DNA from: a bacterium
Lineage (GTDB): Bacteria; Patescibacteriota; Minisyncoccia; Phycocordibacterales; JAGLPS01
Assembly (NCBI GenBank): GCA_030690305.1
Contig: JAUYHB010000006.1
Span: 5,668-69,667 of the forward strand
Length of the DNA: 64,000 nucleotides
Reading direction: 5' to 3'
Shown: piece after piece, positions 1 to 9,800 of the stretch
Numbering within the stretch: the stretch's first letter is position 1
How the letters are laid out: each line of letters opens with the position of its first letter
Notes under the pieces: model-generated
What the model saw: only the letters and a program-made list of their open reading frames with translations
Told to the model about the DNA's origin: nothing
The model's database searches: none
Translations under genes and position numbers: made by a program

Positions 1-245
1 GTAACTCTTCCAAGGGTGAAGATATGTATGTGAATCCCACTAAAGGCAAACAGCTTACCAACATGCGGGCTTCCGGCTCGGACGAAGGCATTTTCCTAGT
101 ACCTGCTTTCAAGCTCGACATCGAACGGGCTATGGAAATTATGAACGATGATGAATACATTGAGATTACACCTACCGCTGTCCGTCTGCGAAAAATTTTC
201 CTCACCCAGCAAGCACGTTCAAAAGCTCAGAAAAAAGCTGTATAA
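1..245 (+). CDS. typA: GTP-binding protein TypA/BipA, C-terminal part (5' end outside window)
   Basis: VNPTKGKQLTNMRASGSDE...DDEYIEITPTAVRLRK is the BipA C-terminal signature. Confidence 0.93.
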   Translation, partial: NSSKGEDMYVNPTKGKQLTNMRASGSDEGIFLVPAFKLDIERAMEIMNDDEYIEITPTAVRLRKIFLTQQARSKAQKKAV

Positions 246-252
246 TGGCCCT

Positions 253-1119
253 ATGTCAAAACTTGGAACCGACCCGTACAAGGGCGTGCAGGACTTCTAT
301 CCAGAAGATATGGCCGTTCAGAACTATATCTTTAACACATGGCGTAAAACTGTAGAAAGTAAAGGATACCTTGAATACAGTGCCTCTATTCTCGAGCCGG
401 CTGAACTTTATAAAAGCAAAACCAGCGAGGAAATAGTAAACGAGCAGACTTTCACTTTCGTCGACCGAGGAGGCCGAGAAGTGGTCTTGCGCCCGGAGAT
501 GACTCCGACACTAGCTCGTATGGTCGCGGCACGTCGTAAGTCTCTTAAATTTCCCCTCCGTTGGTATTCCATACCGAATGTTTTCCGTTATGAACGCCCT
601 CAGCGCGGGCGCAGGCGCGAACACTGGCAACTGAATTGTGACCTTATGGGAATTGCGGGAGTGGAGGCAGAGGTAGAAATCATTCTCTTGGCACACACGA
701 TAATGAAAGCATTCGGAGCGAAGGATGAGGACTTCGACATACGAATAAATAGCAGAAAGGCATTGCCGGAGGGCGCCAGTATGGAAACAGTGAGAAAAAT
801 CGATAAGGGAGAAGAAACAAACATAGAAATAAAAGAAACAGATGAAATACGTGTTCTCCTTGAAAAATTAGAAGAAGCCGGCATCAAGAATGCAAAGTTC
901 GACCCTAAGATCGTGCGCGGATTTGATTACTACACCGGGATGGTATTCGAGGTCTTTGACACACACCAGGATAACAACCGCTCCCTTTTCGGAGGCGGGC
1001 GATATGATAACCTGCTTGAGGTATTCGGTGTCGATCCTGTTCCGACTGTCGGCTTTGGCATGGGAGACATTACTCTTCGAGACTTCTTGGAAACGCACGG
1101 CCTGCCTACACATGCGTAA
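253..1119 (+). CDS. hisS: Histidyl-tRNA synthetase, catalytic domain only (288 aa, no anticodon-binding domain)
   Basis: LRPEMTPTLAR, motif 2 FRYERPQRGRRREHWQ, RGFDYYTG, GGGRYDNL; start at ATG 253, 6 nt after TATAAT. Confidence 0.88.
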   Translation: MSKLGTDPYKGVQDFYPEDMAVQNYIFNTWRKTVESKGYLEYSASILEPAELYKSKTSEEIVNEQTFTFVDRGGREVVLRPEMTPTLARMVAARRKSLKFPLRWYSIPNVFRYERPQRGRRREHWQLNCDLMGIAGVEAEVEIILLAHTIMKAFGAKDEDFDIRINSRKALPEGASMETVRKIDKGEETNIEIKETDEIRVLLEKLEEAGIKNAKFDPKIVRGFDYYTGMVFEVFDTHQDNNRSLFGGGRYDNLLEVFGVDPVPTVGFGMGDITLRDFLETHGLPTHA

Positions 1120-1687
1120 AATAGTTTTCGATATAGAAACTAAGAACTTTTTCCAAGATGTCGGCAAGAACGATCCGGCGCTCTTGGATATTGCCTTGGT
1201 TGCCATTTATGACTCCGAGACTGATTCATATTCATCATACTTGGAAGACGAGTTGGTCAAACTCTGGCCGATCATCGAGCGCACCGACATGCTTATCGGC
1301 TTTACTTCAGACCACTTTGATATTCCACTCTTAAATAAATACTACCCCGGAGACCTGACGAAAATAAAAAGCCTTGATATTTTAAGAGAAATAAAAAATG
1401 TTTACGGCCGCCGAATGCGCCTTGACCAGCTGGCGGAAGGTACGTTGGGGAAAAATAAGTCGGGCCACGGCTCGAAAGTGATGGACTGGTGGAAAGCTGG
1501 CGAAATAGAGAAGATCAGGAGTTACTGCATCGATGACGTCAGATTGACCAAAGAGCTCTACGACTATGCCCGGACCCACAATAAGCTTATTTTCAAAGAA
1601 GGCAAGGCTCTCAATGAGATCAGACTGGACACCTCAGACTGGGAGACGCCAAATAACAATAAACTCACTTTCTCTCTGCCATTTTGA
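1112..1687 (+). CDS. RNase H-like (DEDD/YprB-type) 3'-5' exonuclease domain protein
   Basis: VFDIET, GFTSDHFDIPLL, YCIDDVRLT exonuclease motifs; ATG overlaps the hisS stop region. Confidence 0.8.
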   Translation: MRKIVFDIETKNFFQDVGKNDPALLDIALVAIYDSETDSYSSYLEDELVKLWPIIERTDMLIGFTSDHFDIPLLNKYYPGDLTKIKSLDILREIKNVYGRRMRLDQLAEGTLGKNKSGHGSKVMDWWKAGEIEKIRSYCIDDVRLTKELYDYARTHNKLIFKEGKALNEIRLDTSDWETPNNNKLTFSLPF

Positions 1688-1711
1688 ATGCTACAATAAT
1701 TACCTAATCGT

Positions 1712-2410
1712 ATGGAACAAAGTCCGTTAAACAAACATCTCATCCCGCTTGCGATCATTGTAGCCGGCGGGCTCGTGGCCGGCGCCATCTACTTCGGCGG
1801 AGGCTCACCGAGCAATCTGGCCCTTAACAACAGAAACCCATTGGACAGAAACGATGAGGTCGAAATTACTCCGGTAAAAGACACGGACCACATTCTCGGC
1901 TCAAGGAATGCCGCTCTGGTGATAGTCGAGTATTCGGATACCGAGTGCCCTTTCTGCAAAACTTTCCACAATACTATGAAAGAGGTGGTGAACTCTTACA
2001 GCGGACAAGTTGCCTGGGTTTACAGACATTTCCCTATCGCCCAACTGCATACCAAAGCAATTAAAGAAGCGGAAGCGACCGAATGCGCGGCAGAGCTCGG
2101 CGGCAACCAAGCTTTCTGGAGCTACCTCGACAAAATCTTCGAGACCACCAACTCCAATGATTCGCTTGATCTGGCTCAGTTGCCGAGACTCGCCACGGCA
2201 ATCGGACTCAATGAAACCGACTTCAACGAATGCCTTTCAAGCGGCCGACACAACGCCGCCGTACTCCAAAGCGTGGAAGAAGCGGTTAAGGCTGGCGCCC
2301 GAGGCACACCTTACTCTGTCATCATTGCTAAGAATGGAGAGAAGGTGGTAATCAACGGCGCCGAACCACTTGTAAACATCAAAACGAAAATCGACGCGTT
2401 ACTCAAATAA
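1712..2410 (+). CDS. Membrane-anchored DsbA-family thiol-disulfide oxidoreductase
   Basis: N-terminal TM, EYSDTECPFCK, YRHFP, cis-Pro GTP motif. Confidence 0.9.
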   Translation: MEQSPLNKHLIPLAIIVAGGLVAGAIYFGGGSPSNLALNNRNPLDRNDEVEITPVKDTDHILGSRNAALVIVEYSDTECPFCKTFHNTMKEVVNSYSGQVAWVYRHFPIAQLHTKAIKEAEATECAAELGGNQAFWSYLDKIFETTNSNDSLDLAQLPRLATAIGLNETDFNECLSSGRHNAAVLQSVEEAVKAGARGTPYSVIIAKNGEKVVINGAEPLVNIKTKIDALLK

Positions 2411-3899
2411 ATTCTAGAAGGCGTTTATAAACGGCATACATGGCGTAGGTGTCGAGGGTGCAGTACTTGCGAAGATTGCCCATGATTTCATTTTTGGTTT
2501 CTGAATTTCTGCTTTTCAAAACAGTTTCCATCCAAACTCTTTGAGCCATGCCGCCGTGCGAGACTTCGAGTTCTTTATAACTTAATTCCGGAGCAAGGAC
2601 GGGCAGAACGGCTTTAAGAGATGCCGAGCCGAAGAAATCTTTGTCGACAAACCAGCCCTTTGAGAAAGGAACCATCAGGTCAGCCATCCTGTCGTTTATG
2701 TCGTTGAGAAATGGAGCGAACTCCGGATGCATTAGGGCCATTTCTTCATTCCTCTTCATTTCAAATCTCTTGCTCCAGGAGATTACGGAACCGCGGCTCC
2801 CAAAGTCCTCTCGCATCTGTTTCAAAAGCGGCAAGACGGGGTTGGAATTCTCGGTATGCAAATATTCTTTGTGAGTAAGGCTTCCTCCGGGCTCGTTCTG
2901 GATATGAAGAGAGTACTGGAACGGCACTTGCTGATACGGCCGTGTACCATCAAAGACCGGTATCACTCCGGTCATTGATTCGTAATCGAAGAAATATAGC
3001 GGAAATTCGAAACTAGACAGGAATTCCCTGACCTCTTCCTTATCTATCTCTTGTTCTCCGGATCTCGTCGCCATGACTTGTCTCTCCTGACTTTCCGACA
3101 ACTCAAAATCAAGGGGAATGTCGCTTATAAGTTCGATACCCATATCCTCGAGCATGCCAATCTTCTGCGGTGTAATTCTCGAGAGTTTGTAAATGCTATA
3201 CCTGGGCAGATCTCCTTTGACCATGTTCAATATCTCAAGCCACTCTTCGAGGCTTCCCTGTTTCAAGTATCTCGGTGAGATATCGGGCATCTCTTTCTTC
3301 GAGAGAACGGCAAAAGCTTTTTCTATATTATCGAGCGTTTCAGGTATAGAAGCCCGTACATCACCGGTCACTTCGGTTTTCTTGGCAATTTTGGCCGGAT
3401 CAATGTCTCCGTCTTTGACATATTCGTTGTTGACGTGCAGGACATACATGTTGCGGATAGAAAGTCCGGCCTTCTCAAGCACAATGGTCTGGAAGGCAAG
3501 GTCGGGAATGTGTTCGGGCTTTACGGACGTGGAAGACTTTATTTCATAAAGATCGAAAGTGTTTTCACCTACTTTCTCGAGCACGTCGAAAATAGAGGTA
3601 ATATCACTTACTTCTAACCTCCCTTGCATGACCACTTTTGTCCCTTTTTCTATCTCGGCCTTAGTCAACTCCGGCAAGGCATAATATTTGTTGCCGCTGA
3701 ACTCGCCCCCGTTTTTGTAGCCCAACTTCACTGCGTTCGGGAAAAGCTTTTCGGCATATTCTTCGAACAGTGTACCCTCGTCGAAGCGGGCTTGCAGGTC
3801 TTCGTCCGGTATAGGGATCTTGGACTTGTCGAATTTCTTAAGCCACAGCCACGCCGGATGCTTCAGAAACATCATGAATTCTGATTTGGAGATGACCAT
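2403..3899 (-). CDS. DUF2779-like protein (N-terminal PD-(D/E)XK/Cas4-like nuclease fold plus C-terminal RNase H-like domain)
   Basis: ISKSEF, DVL..YEIKSST, DLAFQ, FFDYES, PYQQVPFQYSLH, SLKAVLP, YCTLDT. Confidence 0.8.
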   Translation of the reverse strand: MVISKSEFMMFLKHPAWLWLKKFDKSKIPIPDEDLQARFDEGTLFEEYAEKLFPNAVKLGYKNGGEFSGNKYYALPELTKAEIEKGTKVVMQGRLEVSDITSIFDVLEKVGENTFDLYEIKSSTSVKPEHIPDLAFQTIVLEKAGLSIRNMYVLHVNNEYVKDGDIDPAKIAKKTEVTGDVRASIPETLDNIEKAFAVLSKKEMPDISPRYLKQGSLEEWLEILNMVKGDLPRYSIYKLSRITPQKIGMLEDMGIELISDIPLDFELSESQERQVMATRSGEQEIDKEEVREFLSSFEFPLYFFDYESMTGVIPVFDGTRPYQQVPFQYSLHIQNEPGGSLTHKEYLHTENSNPVLPLLKQMREDFGSRGSVISWSKRFEMKRNEEMALMHPEFAPFLNDINDRMADLMVPFSKGWFVDKDFFGSASLKAVLPVLAPELSYKELEVSHGGMAQRVWMETVLKSRNSETKNEIMGNLRKYCTLDTYAMYAVYKRLLEFI

Positions 3900-3918
3900 T
3901 CGTCCTAATGTATTGATT

Positions 3919-5175
3919 TTAATACCCTCTCAACCTATTAATCTTCTCATGTTGCCTAATCTTCTCGTGAGCCTTGGCTTCGATTTGGCGGATGCGTTCG
4001 CGGGTGACGCCGAAGACTTTACCCACTTCTTCAAGCGTATGAGTGTAACCATCCAAGAGGCCGTGGCGCATTTCCAAAATCTTTCGCTCCTTGGGAGGCA
4101 GATCACCTAAAATCTCTTTCACTTGGTCGGAGACAATGCGCCTTGAGGATTCCTGATCCGGAGAAAGAATTTTATCATCAGCGAGGAAGTCGCCCAGCTT
4201 GCTTTTATCATCAGACTCATCGCCGACTGGAGTCTCAAGAGAGACGGTAGACTGGTCGATTTTCTCGATTTGATAAATTTTATCGACATCGAGATTCATT
4301 TCGAGTGCGATCTCTTCTTGCAAGGGTTCGCGGCCAAGGTCCTGAGTCAGGCGACGGACCACTTGCTTGTACTTGGCAATAGTCTCGACCATGTGTACCG
4401 GCACACGAATCGTCCTAGACTGGTCAGCCAGAGCGCGGGTGATAGCCTGCCTGATCCACCAAGTGGCATAAGTAGAGAATTTAAAGCCTTTGGTCCAGTC
4501 GAATTTCTCCACCGCTTTATGTAGTCCAAGATTCCCTTCCTGAATCAGGTCAAGCAGAGTAAGGTCGGGGCTTCTATTGGCGTATTTCTTGGCGATAGAA
4601 ACCACCAAGCGGAGATTGGCCTTCATAAGCAGATTTTTGGCGTCCATATCTCCGGCCTCAATCCTCTTGGCAAGCTCTTTTTCCATAGCGCCGGCAATGA
4701 GAGGATACTGACCGATTTCCCGCAGATACATTTGGATAGAATCGTAAGATGAATCCCCTCTTGAGTAGGCGTAGTGCTTACCGGTTTCTTCTTCCGGCAT
4801 CTCTAAAAGGCCGCCTCCCTCGAGGATATCGACACCGAGAGTGTGAAGCTTCTCATAAAGCTCATCAAGGAAGACGATATTGGTCTCAATGGTCGGAAAT
4901 TCTTTCAGAATCTCATCGTAAGTGACGAAGCCACGTCCTTTACCTCGAGAGATGAGACGCTCCATCTTGAGCACTTCGTCTACTTTCTTTTTAGTGATTC
5001 TTACCTTAGATCTAGCTTTTGAGACTTTCCTTGTTTTTCGTCCCGACGCTTTCCGTCGGGATCCTCGATTTGCTTTAGCAAATCGGGACTTTTTGGCAGT
5101 TTTTTTGGCTGGGCTATTCTTTTTCCGCCTTTTCGGCGGATCGCCGATGAGGCGATTTTGTTTTACTTTTTTCAC
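3919..5175 (-). CDS. rpoD: Primary sigma factor sigma70 with Lys/Arg-rich N-terminal extension
   Basis: [50 protein letters not shown]...TRERIRQIE. Confidence 0.95.
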   Translation of the reverse strand: MKKVKQNRLIGDPPKRRKKNSPAKKTAKKSRFAKANRGSRRKASGRKTRKVSKARSKVRITKKKVDEVLKMERLISRGKGRGFVTYDEILKEFPTIETNIVFLDELYEKLHTLGVDILEGGGLLEMPEEETGKHYAYSRGDSSYDSIQMYLREIGQYPLIAGAMEKELAKRIEAGDMDAKNLLMKANLRLVVSIAKKYANRSPDLTLLDLIQEGNLGLHKAVEKFDWTKGFKFSTYATWWIRQAITRALADQSRTIRVPVHMVETIAKYKQVVRRLTQDLGREPLQEEIALEMNLDVDKIYQIEKIDQSTVSLETPVGDESDDKSKLGDFLADDKILSPDQESSRRIVSDQVKEILGDLPPKERKILEMRHGLLDGYTHTLEEVGKVFGVTRERIRQIEAKAHEKIRQHEKINRLRGY

Positions 5176-5188
5176 GGTGTCTTATATT

Positions 5189-6814
5189 CTACAATATTTT
5201 TTTATTCTCTTCGACGACTCTCATACGATTATGCACTTCTTGAATCTCGCGAGTCAGGCTCTCAACAAGCTTGTCCTCCTTGGACGCTTCCGCGCGTGAG
5301 AGTTCTGCCCGCAACCGACCAAGGTCCTCACGCAAGGAAACAGTGGCCAAATTATGCGTGAGCTCGGATTCCTCTCTCCTTAGTAAAACGAATTCGGGGC
5401 GGGACTCTGGCAACTCTTTCTGCCAGAGCTTGATTTCTGCCAGGCGTTCCTCAATCTGTTCCCGCTGGGAGATAGACTCAACTTCACTCGAATCAAGGTC
5501 TGGCCTTTTTGAATCCCCAAGGTCTGACCTCTGGGAAACATCCGCTCTCGGTACTTTTTTCAGATCTTCCCAAAGCACCTCTTCTTTTATCCCCGTGCGC
5601 TTGGCTATCATGGAGATAAAGTGGGACTGCTCGATCGCGCTTCCTATAAGCTTCACCATCGGTAAGATCCTTTTTTCTATCTCTTTGCCAAGCTTTCGCG
5701 GATCCTTTTCCCTTTCTTCAGCTCTGTTGAAGAAAAACTCAACCGCTGGCAGTGAATGTCTCAGAATATCTTTCCATTTTTCTGGATCTTTTTTCGCCAC
5801 TTCCGCCGGATCAAGGCCGGCCGGTAGGCCGGCCACTTTCACTTCGAACCCCATGGCGATCCCGAGCTCACTTGCCTTCTCTGAAGCCTTTTCTCCGGCA
5901 GGATCCCCGTCAAAAGCCAGAATGATCCGAGAGGACAGATGCCTTAAACGCTCCAGGTGGGCGCGGGTGAAGGCAGTGCCGGAAGAAGCCACACTGTTTC
6001 TAACCCCAGCCTGATGAGAGAGCACCAGATCCATCTGTCCCTCGACGAGCACGGCATAATTTTTCCTGCGGATATCTTCTTTAGCCTTATCGAGACCGTA
6101 GAGAACCTCACTTTTGGTAAATAGGATGGTATCGGGACTATTAAGATACTTGGGTTCTGTTTCCTTTGCTAAAGCTCGGCCGGAGAAAGCGATGATATGG
6201 CCGTTGGCATCCGCCAGAGGAAAGACTACCCTGTCGCGGAAAACATCGTAAGGCTCTTTACCCCGAGCGGGGTCGAGTGGTGACTTAATCAGGCCAGCTT
6301 TCAGAATAAGTGCGCGGTCGTAACCAACACTTCCTAAATACTGATAGAGCAAGCGCCACTCGGCCGGCGCATAACCGATGCGCCAATTTTTAGCAGTCTC
6401 GGCTGTTATCCCGCGGGAAGCGATGTATTTGCGGGCCGCCTTGCTCCCTTCCAACTCTTTTTCAAAGAACGTCGTTGCTGCTTCGAGCACATTGAGAATT
6501 TTATCTTTCTCCGTCTTCGATTCGCTTCTCCCGTATTCTATTTCCACTCCGGCTTTTTCCGCCAGAAGCTTCAGAGCGCCGCGGAAGTCGAGCCCTTCTA
6601 CTTCTTCTATGAAGCTGAAGATGTCACCCTTAGCGCCACAGCCGAAGCAGTAGAAGCTTTGGCGCGCCGGTGAGACGAAGAAAGATGCCGTCTTTTCATT
6701 GTGGAAGGGACAACGCGCCTTATAACTCTGTCCCGCTTTCTCAAGTTTGATATAGCCGGAAACTACTTCGGTTATATCTAACCGTTCTTTGATTGTGTCG
6801 ACATCGCCTCGCAT
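5189..6814 (-). CDS. dnaG: DNA primase
   Basis: CPFHNEKT..CFGC zinc ribbon, KYLNSPDT, TOPRIM VEGQMD and FDGD. Confidence 0.96.
   Translation of the reverse strand: MRGDVDTIKERLDITEVVSGYIKLEKAGQSYKARCPFHNEKTASFFVSPARQSFYCFGCGAKGDIFSFIEEVEGLDFRGALKLLAEKAGVEIEYGRSESKTEKDKILNVLEAATTFFEKELEGSKAARKYIASRGITAETAKNWRIGYAPAEWRLLYQYLGSVGYDRALILKAGLIKSPLDPARGKEPYDVFRDRVVFPLADANGHIIAFSGRALAKETEPKYLNSPDTILFTKSEVLYGLDKAKEDIRRKNYAVLVEGQMDLVLSHQAGVRNSVASSGTAFTRAHLERLRHLSSRIILAFDGDPAGEKASEKASELGIAMGFEVKVAGLPAGLDPAEVAKKDPEKWKDILRHSLPAVEFFFNRAEEREKDPRKLGKEIEKRILPMVKLIGSAIEQSHFISMIAKRTGIKEEVLWEDLKKVPRADVSQRSDLGDSKRPDLDSSEVESISQREQIEERLAEIKLWQKELPESRPEFVLLRREESELTHNLATVSLREDLGRLRAELSRAEASKEDKLVESLTREIQEVHNRMRVVEENKKIL
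5495..5530. repeat. Two tandem short palindromes AAGGTCTG(G/A)CCT inside dnaG
   Basis: AGGTCTGGCCT 5496-5506 and AGGTCTGACCT 5520-5530, 24 bp apart; encode QRSDL and KRPDL. Confidence 0.55.
6259..6283. repeat. REP-like element in frame within dnaG (SPLDPARG)
   Basis: CCCCGAGCGGGGTCGAGTGG resembles CCTGAGCGGAGTCGAAGG-type repeats and lies in a variable DnaG loop. Confidence 0.45.
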
Positions 6815-9800
6815 ATTAATTTTTCTTTGTAGCCATTTTTGAAACCGGTACCGGCTGGGATAAGGCGCCCGATGATGACATTCTCTTTCAGTCCGACCAG
6901 GTTGTCTTCGGCGCCGCGGATGGCAGCTTGGATCAGCACGCGAGGCGTGTGCTGGAATGAAGCGGCGGAGAGGAAGCTCGCGCGGGAGAGCGAGACTTCC
7001 GTAATACCCATCACTATGGCATCCGAAGTCGCCTCCTTCAAACCTTTTTCCTTCAACTGATTATTGGTCTCTATAAATTCGGAAACTTCAATCACATCCC
7101 CGCGAGTGAAACGGCTATCGCCCGCATCCTTGATCTTGCGGCGGCTAAACATTTGGCGAACAATCAGTTCGATGTGCTTATGAGATACTGCCGCGCCCTG
7201 AAGCTCATAGAGCTTCGAGACTTCGTGGATGATATATTTCTCGGTTTTTTCTCTCCCCGCATAGCGGAAGAGTTCGTCGAGATCTGCCGATCCTTCGGTC
7301 AGGACATCACCCTTTTTGACACTCTGGCCAATGCGCACTAAGCTCGTTCGGGAAACCGGCACGGTGTATTCATTATCGAGCTTCTTGCCATCTTTGGACT
7401 CGCCCAATTCCGGCGTGACGGTGATTAATTTATCGTGACCGACGACTTTGATCTCCGTAACTATGCCATCGAGATGGCTGATGACTGCCGGACTTTTTGG
7501 CTTGCGCTTTTCAAATATTTCTTCCACGCGCGGCAAACCGGCAGTGATGTCGCCGCTTGCCGAAGCTGTGCCACCGGCATGGAAGGTACGCATAGTCAGC
7601 TGCGTACCGGGTTCGCCGATAGCTTGTGCGGCCACGGTACCCACCGCTTCTCCGAGCTCAATCGTCTTGTTGTTGCCAAGGTCGACTCCATAACACTTCA
7701 CGCAGAGGCCGTGTACAGACTGACAAGCCAGAGGCGAACGGACATGCGCGGATTCAACCGAAGCTTTGTCTATAGTTTCGGCATCCATTTTGGTAATAAG
7801 ATGCCCGCGTTTGAAGAAGACCTTGCCCTCATTATCGAGAAGATCCGAGGCCAGGAATCTGCCTTTAATATTCTTCGATATCGGTATTTCTATGCCGGAA
7901 GCGGTTTTTTTGTGAATGGTGGTACCTCCCTTGGTATTGCAATCCTCCTCGGTCACAATCTCATCTTGCGCTACGTCGAAAAGGCGACGGGTCAGGTAGC
8001 CAGCCTTGGCAGTGTTGAGAGCTGTGTCGGTCAAACCTTTGCGGCTGCCGTGAGTAGTGATGAAGTATTCAAGCGGAGTCAGACCTTCTTTGTAACAAGA
8101 GAGAATCGGAAACTCGAGAGACTCGCCTGAAATAGAGGCGATAATACCCTTCATGCCGGCCATTTGGTTGAGATTACCAAGAGAACCGCGAGCTTCCGAA
8201 TAAGTCATGTCGTAGACTGAATCTCTGATACCTAAAGTTCCAGGAATAAGCTTCTCGACTTCAGCCTTAACCCCCTGCCAGATTTCAACAGATTTGGCGA
8301 TACGTTCCTGTTCGGAGAGAAGACCTTCCCGGTATTGGACAAGCACTTCGTTGACTGCCACGCGACCTTTATCTATCACCGCCTTCTTACCTCTAGGAAT
8401 TTTGACATCCTCAAGCCCCCACGTCACTCCGGAGTGAGTGGCATAGCGGAAACCGAAAGTTTTGATCCTATCCATGATCGGCGGAATATTCTCAATACCG
8501 TAGCGTTCGATCAGATCGTCGACAAGTTCCGACATTTTCTTACGGCTCATTTCATGATTCAAGAAAGGATAATCTCTCGGCAAAATGCCGTTGAAGAGAA
8601 GTCTGCCAACCGTCGTTTCAAACATCTTGCCGCCAAAGACTTTGTACCTTTCCGTATCGGTCGGCATGACGGAGATCTTGGCGCGAAGGCTGACTACGCC
8701 GAATTCATAGGCGGTAATGGCGCTATTAGGATTGGCGTAATACCGGCCTTCACCTTTCTCGCCTGGCAAAATACGGGTCATCCAGTAAGTGCCGAGCACG
8801 ATGTCTAACAATTTGGCCGAGACTACCGGCTCGCCGTTACCCGGTTTTAAGATATTTCTATCAGCCGCCATAATCAGACGGGCTTCAGCCTGAGCCTCTT
8901 CGGAGAGCGGCACGTGAACGGCCATCTGGTCGCCGTCGAAGTCAGCGTTGAAGGCGGTGCAGACCAGAGGATGAAGCTGAATGGCGTTGCCTTCGATTAG
9001 TACCGGCTGGAAAGCTTGGATACCGAGACGGTGGAGAGTGGGAGCGCGGTTAAGCAGTACATATTTGCCGCGGATAACTTCTTCGAGGATGGCCCAGACT
9101 TCCGGAATAGCATCTTCAATGAGACGGCGGGCTCCGGGAATGTTATAAGATAGTTCACGCTTCAGAAGTTCCGAGATAATGAACGGTTTAAAGAGTTCAA
9201 GAGCCATGTGTTTCGGCAGACCGCACTGATGGAGCTTCAATTCCGGACCGACTACGATAACCGAGCGGCCAGAGTAGTCAACGCGCTTGCCCAAAAGGTT
9301 CTGCCTGAAGAGACCGCGCTTGCCCTTAAGATTGTCCGACAACGATTTGAGCGGTCGGCGCTGGGACTGATTGCCGGAGACGCTTGAGTGCCTGATGGTA
9401 TTGTCTATGAGAGCATCGACGGCTTCTTGAAGAATTCTTTTTTCGTTGCGCAAAATGACATCCGGAGCATCTATTTCTTTAAGTTTTTTGAGACGATTGT
9501 TGCGGTTGATGACTCGGCGATAAAGATCGTTGACGTCTGAAGTGGCATAGCGCCCGCCGTCAAGAGGCACCATCGGGCGAATGGCCGGAGGGATGACCGG
9601 CACCCGGGTCAGAAACATCCATTCCGGCCGAGAACCTGCATTGATCATCCATTGGATAGTCGAGAGACGCTTATTGAGACGGGAGATTTCCGTTGCTGGA
9701 ACGTTTCCAACTTCCGCTTCAAGTTCTTTAAGCAATTTATTAAGATCAATGCCCTTTAAGATATTGTAGATCGCTTCAGCGCCGATACCCGCTTCAAAGA

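Noticed and set aside
148-1119. HisZ (ATP phosphoribosyltransferase regulatory subunit) as the identity of the short HisRS, and the upstream start at 148
   Set aside because: HisRS catalytic motifs are intact and no his biosynthesis genes are adjacent; the 148 start overlaps typA and adds unconserved sequence.
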